From positions 1 to 63,021 of IMG/VR virus record IMGVR_UViG_3300037518_000374: 63,021 bases of DNA. One strand, 5' to 3'. The notes under the pieces are model-generated. The model had not been told where the DNA came from. It did not search any database and was given only the letters and a program-made list of their open reading frames with translations. Every line of letters starts with the position of its first letter. Position 1 is the stretch's first letter. This document shows positions 55,419-63,021 of this stretch, piece by piece. The translations under genes were made by a program, and so were the position numbers. The stretch comes from a virus (taxonomy: Duplodnaviria; Caudoviricetes).

Positions 55419-56030
55419 TTACGCTTTCTCCTCGGGCCGGGCCGACCACGACTTGGCGAGGAATCGTGGGGCACCGCGGACAACGCCAAGTGCCTGCGCC
55501 GCCAGCATGACGGGTTGCGTTAAACGCGGAAGCGCATCATCGCCTCCCCAGTCGAACCGGCGGGACGTGGCGCCGTAGGCGATCTCGATTTCCCTGCCGG
55601 CCTTCCTGATGGCCGTCACGCGACCTGTCGTGCGGAACTCGACACCCTTTTCGAGGGCGTCGATCGATCCGATGGGGATGATTGGAGTCGTCGGGGACTC
55701 GTGCTGGTCATCCGCAACCTCGGCCGCCGAGCCATTGTCCGCCGAACCCTCAGACCCTACGGGCTCATGGTCCTGATTGTCATCGAATGGCGAGTGGTCA
55801 GCCGGCGCCCCGTACGGCAACACCGGTGCCTCGTCCGGGGCTGGCCGGCCAGGCTTACTCATCCCGCGAGCGACGAACCCACATAGTCGCTCAATCGCTC
55901 GCTCCGACAAATCGCCCACCCACTCCTGCTCCAACTCCTGAACCGCATCCCCTCCCTGTATAATCACCTTCACATGCCTAACACCCCTCGTCGTTCCGTA
56001 CACGTCGCACACCATCACCTGTTTCATCAT
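55419..56030 (-). CDS. hypothetical protein
   Basis: 203 aa, GGAG RBS. Confidence 0.55.
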   Translation of the reverse strand: MMKQVMVCDVYGTTRGVRHVKVIIQGGDAVQELEQEWVGDLSERAIERLCGFVARGMSKPGRPAPDEAPVLPYGAPADHSPFDDNQDHEPVGSEGSADNGSAAEVADDQHESPTTPIIPIGSIDALEKGVEFRTTGRVTAIRKAGREIEIAYGATSRRFDWGGDDALPRLTQPVMLAAQALGVVRGAPRFLAKSWSARPEEKA

Positions 56031-56234
56031 GACATGATCTCCAGTCTTCTCATGACAAACACGACGAACAAACCGTTCTTAACCAACACGATTCCGCCCG
56101 CGCGCACCGCACCCCTGTCGGAGTTAGTAGAATACTTCTAAAGCATTCCACTCCCCAGCACGTGCGCCGTTTGGCGGGCGTACTGGGTTAGCTCCCTCGG
56201 GGACGCGACTGATCCGGCTATCCGCCTGTGCGGG

Positions 56235-57182
56235 TCATGGCCGGGCCGGGCAGGGCGTCGCACAACACCCGGGCGCCCCCTCTCCGGCCTTCAAGTGGCC
56301 GGAACCTGCCGCCCCTACCGCGCCGGGCGGCGCCTGCGTCTGTGCCGGGCCGCAGCCCTCTCTGCCGCGCACAGAGGCGGCACTGATTGTCGGGTCCACG
56401 AGACCCAGTAGGTCGTCCAGCACCGCACCGGCGTTAACCCATGCACGGGCATCTTTATGCGGCCAGGGCGGCTGAACGACGAACACTTTTCGTGGCGCGA
56501 GCCGACCCTGTAGTCGGCGCGCCCCGTCAATTCCAGGAAAGTCCCGGTCGGCCATGATCACGACCGATCCGTGACGGTCGGCCAGCATTCTCCTGATCAT
56601 CGGCGACCCGCCGTTGCAGCTCGGGCGACCGATCGCCGGCAGGCCCAACATGATAAGCGCCGCGGCGTCGGTCGGACCCTCGCAAATCCAGAGCGGGAAG
56701 CTCAGCAGGCCGAACGGGATAAACAGGCCGTTCCGGCTGCCCGGAACGGCCCACTTGGCGCCGTCGATACTTCTCAGACGGATGCCAATCACCTTTCGAT
56801 GCTCGTCCACCATCGGGAACGCATAGACGTTCCGCTCCTCGTACCATCCGATCCCGAATCTATTAAGGCACTGGTGATTAAGTCCAGTCCTGCTACAGAT
56901 CGCCCGCATCCTTCTCGCCGTCATGGCCTTTCGGTATCCAGCCATGAGCGGCGCCATGTCTATATCCGGTACTGGCGGCAATGGGGGCGGTATGGCGGCG
57001 GCGGGCAGAACGTCCCGCAGCTTGTGCAGCCAGCCAGCGCCCTCGACCTCCCGATTGGCCCCCTCGCTGACCCGCGGACAAATCGCGTCCTTGCCGTCCC
57101 GCCCGACCAAGCACCAGTCGTGCCGGCCGCAGACGGGGCACGGTGCCCGCTTCGTCACTCGCCGCCAATCGGACTTGCTCAT
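56235..57182 (-). CDS. DNA primase (zinc finger + TOPRIM)
   Basis: CPVCGRHDWC, ICEGPTD, MADRD. Confidence 0.8.
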   Translation of the reverse strand: MSKSDWRRVTKRAPCPVCGRHDWCLVGRDGKDAICPRVSEGANREVEGAGWLHKLRDVLPAAAIPPPLPPVPDIDMAPLMAGYRKAMTARRMRAICSRTGLNHQCLNRFGIGWYEERNVYAFPMVDEHRKVIGIRLRSIDGAKWAVPGSRNGLFIPFGLLSFPLWICEGPTDAAALIMLGLPAIGRPSCNGGSPMIRRMLADRHGSVVIMADRDFPGIDGARRLQGRLAPRKVFVVQPPWPHKDARAWVNAGAVLDDLLGLVDPTISAASVRGREGCGPAQTQAPPGAVGAAGSGHLKAGEGAPGCCATPCPARP

Positions 57183-58894
57183 TCCAGCACCCCATCCGGC
57201 AGTCGCCAGCCGTTACGCTTGATCTCGTCAATCAAATTGCTGGCGGCCTTGAACTTGAGCTGGGAGCCGTCTACGCCGAACCTCGCCAGACACCGCACCT
57301 GGCCCATACTGGCCATGTCGCTCTTTCGCCGTTTGATGATCTCGCCGATGAGCTGGCTGGCCTGCGTGAATGACATGTTGTTCGTCTTGATCCCGGTCTT
57401 TTCGAGGAACTCCGCCTGTTTAACGGTTGGCAAACGTCCGCGGTGCCATCCGCGTTCGCGCTCCGGCTCGATATCGAGCAGGTCGAACGGGTCGCTGGTC
57501 CCGACGCTGTACCGAACCGAAACGACAAGCTTCCTGCGCCGTTCCCGTTCTTCCTCGAACCGGCGATGCTTTTCGGCCTTGGCGGCCTCCAGCTCGGCCG
57601 CTACGTCGGCCGGCACGCCATCGGCCTTGCGTTCGATCGTTCGTTTTGCCGACTCCACCACGTCGTCGTCGTACCGTCCCCCCAGGATGTCCGCCACCGA
57701 CATGAGCTTGTGCTTTCCGGCGTTGCCCATGAAATCAATGACCTGCATGAACGGCTTGTCCGAGCGCGCGATGGCGGACCGTCGATCGGCCGCGTCAGGA
57801 TACGGGTCCACCACGCCATCCAGCGGGCGAGTTCCGCGCCCCACCATTTGCGAATAAAGGGCGCGACTTTTCGTCGGCCGCGCAACGGAAACAACGCCGA
57901 TGGTGGGCTCGTCAAACCCCTCGGTCGTGACGCCGACATTAACCAAAAATCGAAACCGGCCGTCGGAGTAATCGCGAAACAGCTCCCGCCGATCGTCGGA
58001 CGGGGTCTTTCCGTGGACCAGTCGCGCACAGTCGCTCTCGTACCGATTCAGTATCTCGACCAGCTTGCTGGCATGCGCGACGGACGTGGCGAACAGCAGG
58101 GTTTTGCGCCCGCCACTCAGCTCGTATGTCGCATACGCCACGCCATGCACCACGCCGCCTTCCTGCATAATCTCGTCGACTTCGGACTCGTTCAGGTCGC
58201 GGGCGTTGGCCTTTACGTGGGACAGATCCAGGTCGTCCAGCCTTATCGGGGATTCCTTGATCGGGACCAGCCATCCGTCCTCGATGGCTTCGTTTATCTC
58301 GTAGGGTTCGGTGAAGTCGTCGAACACCTTGCCCAGCGACACCTCGTCCGCCCGGTCGGGCGTCGCGGTCACGCCCAGCACCTTAAGATTCGGGTTCTGG
58401 CGGTAGTGACGAATGATCCGCCCGTAGGTGGGGGAGGTGGCGTGATGCGCCTCATCAATAATCAGCAGGCCGAAGTCGTGAGGGTTGAACCGCGCCATGC
58501 GGCCGTTCTGGCCATCGCCCGAAACCTGCGTCTGAGCACTGCCGACCACGACGCTGGACCGGGCGTGTCGGCTTTCGTTTGCCCACTGGGACCCCATCTC
58601 GATATCGGGCTCGATACCCGTGACGCGCTCGATCTTGTCCGCCGCCTGCCGGATCAGCTTCTCGCGGTGGGCCAGAACCATCGTCCTCCCCGAACCCATA
58701 CGAGCAATCACCTTTGCGAACAGGATCGTCTTTCCCACACCGGTCGGAAGCACGACCAGAACGGACGTTGAGCCACCAGCCCACTTCTCGAACACGCTCT
58801 CGAGCGCCGCGGCCTGATAGGGCCGAAGCACGATCTCGGGCCGTCGGGTAGGCAGCTCTGGGTGCCAGAGGGTGGGTTGCGTAACGGCGCTCAT
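57179..58894 (-). CDS. superfamily 2 DEAH helicase
   Basis: LRPYQ, PTGVGKT, IDEAHH, TATP, TEGFD, QMVGRGTR. Confidence 0.9.
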   Translation of the reverse strand: MSAVTQPTLWHPELPTRRPEIVLRPYQAAALESVFEKWAGGSTSVLVVLPTGVGKTILFAKVIARMGSGRTMVLAHREKLIRQAADKIERVTGIEPDIEMGSQWANESRHARSSVVVGSAQTQVSGDGQNGRMARFNPHDFGLLIIDEAHHATSPTYGRIIRHYRQNPNLKVLGVTATPDRADEVSLGKVFDDFTEPYEINEAIEDGWLVPIKESPIRLDDLDLSHVKANARDLNESEVDEIMQEGGVVHGVAYATYELSGGRKTLLFATSVAHASKLVEILNRYESDCARLVHGKTPSDDRRELFRDYSDGRFRFLVNVGVTTEGFDEPTIGVVSVARPTKSRALYSQMVGRGTRPLDGVVDPYPDAADRRSAIARSDKPFMQVIDFMGNAGKHKLMSVADILGGRYDDDVVESAKRTIERKADGVPADVAAELEAAKAEKHRRFEEERERRRKLVVSVRYSVGTSDPFDLLDIEPERERGWHRGRLPTVKQAEFLEKTGIKTNNMSFTQASQLIGEIIKRRKSDMASMGQVRCLARFGVDGSQLKFKAASNLIDEIKRNGWRLPDGVLE

Positions 58895-59781
58895 GCAGAC
58901 TTCCTGTCGGCCGCGATCCTGTCGTAATGCTCTTTCGGAAGCCATCCGATCTTGGTGTACTCGCCCGTCACGCCGGGCGGACACAGGGCGTACGGCAGAC
59001 CAAACTTGATCCCCTTCCAGGCGTTCGCCAAGTCCTTCTCGATGTGGTTCAGGTGCAGGTAGGCCGCGAGCGGGTCGCCCTCCAGGGCCTTGACGGACCG
59101 CTTGGCGGTCGCGATGGCGGCCATCAGGTCGCGCAGCTCCTGAGACCGCAGAAACACGTCCGCGATCCGCAGGTCCGTTATGGCGTTGCCCAGTTCGTCT
59201 GCGCTCAGCACGGGCTCGTCCGGAAGTCCGGGGTCATCTCCCGCAACCTCGGGTTCGGCGGGATCCGAACCAGCCTCGCCAGCCGCATCGGCCATCCTTC
59301 GCTCCACCACCTCGCTGATCAGCTTGGCCGAGATCGGCCGCCCCTCTTCCTTGGCCCGCTCCTGGATCTCCAGCCATGCGTCCGGCTGCTCGTCCTGCGG
59401 CAACTCGCCCAACGCGCGGGCCTGCCGCTCATTCGAGACCTTATGTGAAGATGGGTAAGATTCGGAATGTGAAGATAGGTAAGAAATGTCCCCCATTATG
59501 GGACACTTTTTACCTATCTTAACATCTTTCTTCTTACCTATCTTAACATTCCTACTCGAAACCTCGACCGCCGAGATCAGCCTGTAGCCGTGAGACTTCC
59601 CGTACCCCCACCGATCCTTCATGTAGGCCTCGAATGAGCGGTGCTCAGCCCGGTACAGCCGGTTATCGCGAATCGTGACCAGCGCCCGCCCGACCTGCAT
59701 GGTTCCGGCCTCGATCTGCGATTCGAGTTCGGCAAGTTTGGTTGCTTCAGGATCGGTGAGTGCAAGTTCTTCCTGCGGCAT
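58891..59781 (-). CDS. phage DNA-binding/replication-associated protein
   Basis: VGRALVTIRDNRLYR..SFEAY..RW, NERQARAL motifs; carries a palindromic element in-frame. Confidence 0.7.
   Translation of the reverse strand: MPQEELALTDPEATKLAELESQIEAGTMQVGRALVTIRDNRLYRAEHRSFEAYMKDRWGYGKSHGYRLISAVEVSSRNVKIGKKKDVKIGKKCPIMGDISYLSSHSESYPSSHKVSNERQARALGELPQDEQPDAWLEIQERAKEEGRPISAKLISEVVERRMADAAGEAGSDPAEPEVAGDDPGLPDEPVLSADELGNAITDLRIADVFLRSQELRDLMAAIATAKRSVKALEGDPLAAYLHLNHIEKDLANAWKGIKFGLPYALCPPGVTGEYTKIGWLPKEHYDRIAADRKSA
59443..59549. repeat. AT-rich palindromic iteron-like element, copy 2
   Basis: 59467-59525 is the reverse complement of 35912-35970 with one mismatch. Confidence 0.8.
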
Positions 59782-59909
59782 GGGCCTGGACTCCGTTCCG
59801 AAGTGATCGTCCGTGCTGATTGATGGCGAAGTGCACTGCGTTCCCTCAAACGACGACCGCCAGGGGCTTGACGAGGGAACGCCGAAGCCCCGTGGGGTCG
59901 TCGCGTCTC

Positions 59910-59938
59910 ATTGTGCCAGGGACGGCACTGCCTGTCAA
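59910..59938 (-). promoter_or_regulatory. sigma70-like promoter for replication genes
   Basis: TTGACA, N17, CACAAT with extended TG on the minus strand. Confidence 0.55.
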
Positions 59939-59946
59939 CCAAAATC

Positions 59947-60459
59947 TCATTTTATTCTCAGGTGTGTGCCGCGTTCGCCGAGTCGGGCGAACGGCAGCGA
60001 CAGTCCGCTCTCCAGGTCGGCCCTGATCCGTTCTTTGTCCGGCACGGGAGGCGGCTGAATGGTGTAGTCGGGCGGGACTCGACTTTCGTCCAGCTCCATC
60101 GGCACCTTTCCGCCGTTACCCGCAACCGTTATGCGGTATCGGTCCGTGTCGATCCGCTTGATGCCGCGCTGCTCCATTGCCCATCTCAGACGGTCCTTCA
60201 GGTGCTGCGCCGCCCGCTCGTCGATCTCGGCCAGTACCCGGAGCCGCTTGGCCTCTTCGGCCCGCGCCTGCGAACGCAGTGTCATTTCCTGAACCAACGC
60301 GGCGTAGTCGTCCGCCTTTCTGTCAAGCGACTGGTTCGCCTCACTCAACCACTCGTCAATGAATCCGGCGATCTCCGGGTCGCTGATCTCGCCATCATGC
60401 TGCGCGATCAGGTCGTCGATCTGCCTCAGTTCGTCACATATTGCCAGCAAAGTAGCCAT
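59947..60459 (-). CDS. siphovirus Gp157-family protein
   Basis: KADDYAALV..RAEEAKRL, VPPDY, PDKERIRADLESG, HLRIK. Confidence 0.8.
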   Translation of the reverse strand: MATLLAICDELRQIDDLIAQHDGEISDPEIAGFIDEWLSEANQSLDRKADDYAALVQEMTLRSQARAEEAKRLRVLAEIDERAAQHLKDRLRWAMEQRGIKRIDTDRYRITVAGNGGKVPMELDESRVPPDYTIQPPPVPDKERIRADLESGLSLPFARLGERGTHLRIK

Positions 60460-61571
60460 CAGAACGGCACCTCCTCGATACTGATGATGACCTGTCCATT
60501 GAGATACGGCACGACCCCCATTGTCCAGTTGACCGGCGCCTCGGTCGGCTCGCCCTGGCCACCACTGTCCACGTTCTCTGTTCGGCCAACGCATTTCTTC
60601 AGGTCGGCCGCCAGCTTGTCGTCCAGGCAGCCGAACGTGCCCATGCTGGTCTCGACCACGTAGACGGTTCGCTTGCCGCCCTTCCACGACTGGACCGTAG
60701 CGCGGACGCCCATGATGGACGCCTCGATGTGGGTCACGGGCGCGTCCGGGTCCGGCCCGTCCGGCCGGTTGTCCGCCCGGGCCGATTCTACATTTCTGGC
60801 GGGGGCCGATTGATCGTTGCCGGCTGGTGCCGATTCCGCCGCCGAGATGAACTTCAGGTCGTGACCCCACTGCGTCTGGACGGCCTCGTACGTGACGGCT
60901 ACACCGGCATCCAGGTATTGCTGCGCCTTCGCCGCGAGGCCGCCGTCGAAGGTTCGGTGCTCCACGTCGTCGATCCAAATCTGGTACAGCACATAGGGCT
61001 TGCCGGTCTTGCTGGTCCCCTCTCGCTCCTCAATCTTTGTCACATACGAGCCGCCTGCCCGGCCGGCTTCGGCAGCCCGCGCCTTCGGGGCGGGAGCGGG
61101 GTTGTCGGCCTCGCTGTCGTCACCGATCACCGGGATGGCGAACAGCTCGCACAGTGCGTTCTTGTAAGCTCCCGACATCGCCTTGTTCGTCGATTTGTCG
61201 CCGTAGTCCATCCCTTCCCCGGGCGTCGTGACGGTCTGGCACGACCCATCCTCGGCCCAGAACCGATGGTGCACTTTGAGCAGCGTGATGATCATGACCC
61301 CGCCGGACTTTCCCGGACGCTCCTCGCGGACCAGATCGAACACCTCAGGAACGCACAAGACGCGGTGCTTCTTGAGGGCCGCGGAACACGCCGCCACGAC
61401 ATCATCCAGTTTCCGGTAGTCGTAGCCCTGGCCGGCATTGTGGCCATGCTTGCCCACCGGCCCGATCTCGGCCTGGGCGTTAAGCAGCGCCCGCAGGACC
61501 ATGCCCGAATTCGTGGCCGACTTCGGATCGGTTGCGGTCGTGGCTTCCTTGGTCGTCACGGTCTCGGTCAT
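60459..61571 (-). CDS. ERF-family ssDNA annealing protein
   Basis: KHGHNAGQGYDYR, GEGMDYGDKSTNKAMSGAYK. Confidence 0.85.
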   Translation of the reverse strand: MTETVTTKEATTATDPKSATNSGMVLRALLNAQAEIGPVGKHGHNAGQGYDYRKLDDVVAACSAALKKHRVLCVPEVFDLVREERPGKSGGVMIITLLKVHHRFWAEDGSCQTVTTPGEGMDYGDKSTNKAMSGAYKNALCELFAIPVIGDDSEADNPAPAPKARAAEAGRAGGSYVTKIEEREGTSKTGKPYVLYQIWIDDVEHRTFDGGLAAKAQQYLDAGVAVTYEAVQTQWGHDLKFISAAESAPAGNDQSAPARNVESARADNRPDGPDPDAPVTHIEASIMGVRATVQSWKGGKRTVYVVETSMGTFGCLDDKLAADLKKCVGRTENVDSGGQGEPTEAPVNWTMGVVPYLNGQVIISIEEVPF

Positions 61572-61759
61572 GGTTTGGTCGCCCTGTTTCGGAGTTCTCG
61601 TGCTGTCGCCTCGATCTCATCGAGAATCAGGATGCCGCGGAGCTTGGCCGCATCCGAGGCGAAACGCCACAGTGCGACACGCAATTCGTGTTTCGTACTG
61701 TCCTCTCGTGCAAGCTCAAGCGCCTCGCGCTCCAGGTCTGCCAACTGGTCAGATGTCAT
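61568..61759 (-). CDS. hypothetical protein
   Basis: MTSDQLADLE..., coupled to ERF. Confidence 0.45.
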   Translation of the reverse strand: MTSDQLADLEREALELAREDSTKHELRVALWRFASDAAKLRGILILDEIEATARELRNRATKP

Positions 61760-61947
61760 CTCGATTCGTCTCTCTAAAGTGCCGCCCTTCACCGAGTCGG
61801 CGGGAGGGGCTGCGTTTTGTAGGAGGCCCGTTACGCCCCGTAGCCCCACGTCGCGGCCCTTGTCGATGGCCACCAAGCCCAATGTTTCAAAGCGCCCGCC
61901 GCCTCGATCGCGCCCGGACTCCCCGGCGGCGGCGGGCTGGTTGTTCA

Positions 61948-62121
61948 CTACACCGCCACGCGCGGCGGAACCTCGCCGCTGTTCTGCGCTCTGCACAGAA
62001 GGCACCGGACGTGTTCGCTGCCCGTCACGAGATACACCACCGCCCCGATGTGCAGTTTCCCGCCACACTGCCAGCAGTATTGCTGACGCGGAACGATTTC
62101 TTGTTGCGTGCCTTTTTTCAT
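61948..62121 (-). CDS. small zinc-ribbon protein
   Basis: CWQC...CLLC. Confidence 0.45.
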   Translation of the reverse strand: MKKGTQQEIVPRQQYCWQCGGKLHIGAVVYLVTGSEHVRCLLCRAQNSGEVPPRVAV

Positions 62122-62456
62122 TTGGTTTCCCCGCCATTCGCCCCCGCCTCCCTCGCCGCCGCGATGTCCCTCAGCAGTTCGTCCGGCAGGGACTCGCCGG
62201 CCTCGCCGCCCGCGCCATCCATGATTCTTGACAGCGATCTCCGCCGCGCCTCGTCGAGTAGAAGTTGGCGAATACAGTCTCGCTCCAGGAAATCCGTCGG
62301 TATCTCCCGGCAGGCGTTGACGCACGCCACGATCCGATCGATGTCCTCCGGCGCGTAGCCATCGCCCAGTACCGCCTGACCGTGCGCGGTGTGGATCGCG
62401 TCCGAGATGTCGGACGGATCGTCCTTCGCCCACCAGGGCTCATCGTAGGTGCTCAT
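62118..62456 (-). CDS. phage protein (RIVACVNAC family)
   Basis: DRIVACVNACREIPT motif. Confidence 0.6.
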   Translation of the reverse strand: MSTYDEPWWAKDDPSDISDAIHTAHGQAVLGDGYAPEDIDRIVACVNACREIPTDFLERDCIRQLLLDEARRRSLSRIMDGAGGEAGESLPDELLRDIAAAREAGANGGETK

Positions 62457-62625
62457 GGTCGCCCATTTCCTCCGTGTGCTCGTAATCGTCAGGCAGCGGA
62501 CCCTGGCCAACGATAACGTCATGCAGCCGCGCTCCGCCACGCAGCATGCGCGGCAGCTCCAGCGGGTAGCCGGTCTCGCGCACCATCCGGCCCAGCAGCT
62601 CGACCGCCTCGTCGATCGTGATCAT
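62440..62625 (-). CDS. hypothetical protein
   Basis: GGAGGA RBS before MITIDEAV. Confidence 0.5.
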   Translation of the reverse strand: MITIDEAVELLGRMVRETGYPLELPRMLRGGARLHDVIVGQGPLPDDYEHTEEMGDHEHLR

Positions 62626-62775
62626 GGCGTTCCTCCATGGGCCGGCGGCGGCCACGTTGTCGGTGCAAAGGCCCAGTGCGCTGCCGAGACCGTCTCGGCT
62701 CGTGGCCGCCGCTGAGTCAGGTTGTTCGGTAGGCATTGATCTACTTATGTTCTTCCTTGACGGCCAACAGGTCGA

Positions 62776-63019
62776 TTTTCAAAGCTCCCCGTCTCTCCGG
62801 GGTGCCACACCACCTTGCTCTAGCTCTCGCCGTATGCCGGCAGGTGTCGCCGTGCCCGCGTCATTACTCCACTGTTCGCCACTGCATGGATACCCAAGTC
62901 GCACTCGTCTGCCATTGACTATCCAGCCCCCCACGTCGCGGGTCGTTATGGGGTGGGCGGAGATTGTCAATCACCGGGCCACCGGTGATCGATGTTCGCC
63001 AGTCAGTTTTCAAAGCTCC
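62776..63019 (-). promoter_or_regulatory. two boxA-like GGAGCTTTGAAAA sites
   Basis: Identical 13-mers at 62776-62788 and 63007-63019 in a largely non-coding stretch. Confidence 0.4.
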
Positions 63020-63021
63020 GC

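Overview
This window looks like a near-complete, probably circularly permuted ~63 kb GC-rich podovirus-like phage genome; no integrase was recognised. It has three blocks. (1) A minus-strand morphogenesis operon (~345-36600): TerS, TerL, a glycosyl/methyl/sulfo-transferase and radical SAM cluster, portal, scaffold, major capsid, adaptor, tail nozzle, ejection proteins, a 2161-aa LPD38-like polyvalent protein, a beta-helix protein and small membrane/lipoproteins. (2) A plus-strand early region (37163-44779) ending in a 553-aa Cas12m-like (type V-U1-like) effector and a 20-repeat CRISPR array with no cas1/cas2. (3) A minus-strand replication/accessory arm (44816-62700): ERF, Gp157, SF2 helicase, primase, RNA ligase, two DNA methyltransferases and six HicB-like paralogs. 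The strongest candidate for a new system is the phage-borne mini type V CRISPR. Its RuvC keeps D-E-D residues, its repeats are polymorphic, it has two 12-nt spacers, and at least one spacer is antisense to a repeat-spacer junction of the same repeat family. Other oddities: a radical SAM gene whose CxxxCxxC motif is split by a 56-nt hairpin, an internally permuted TerL nuclease domain, a nested small gene inside the giant virion protein, a 59-bp palindrome present at two distant loci, inserted genes flanked by orphaned N-terminal remnants, and a tRNA with a UAU anticodon. All family assignments come from motif recognition by eye, not database searches.
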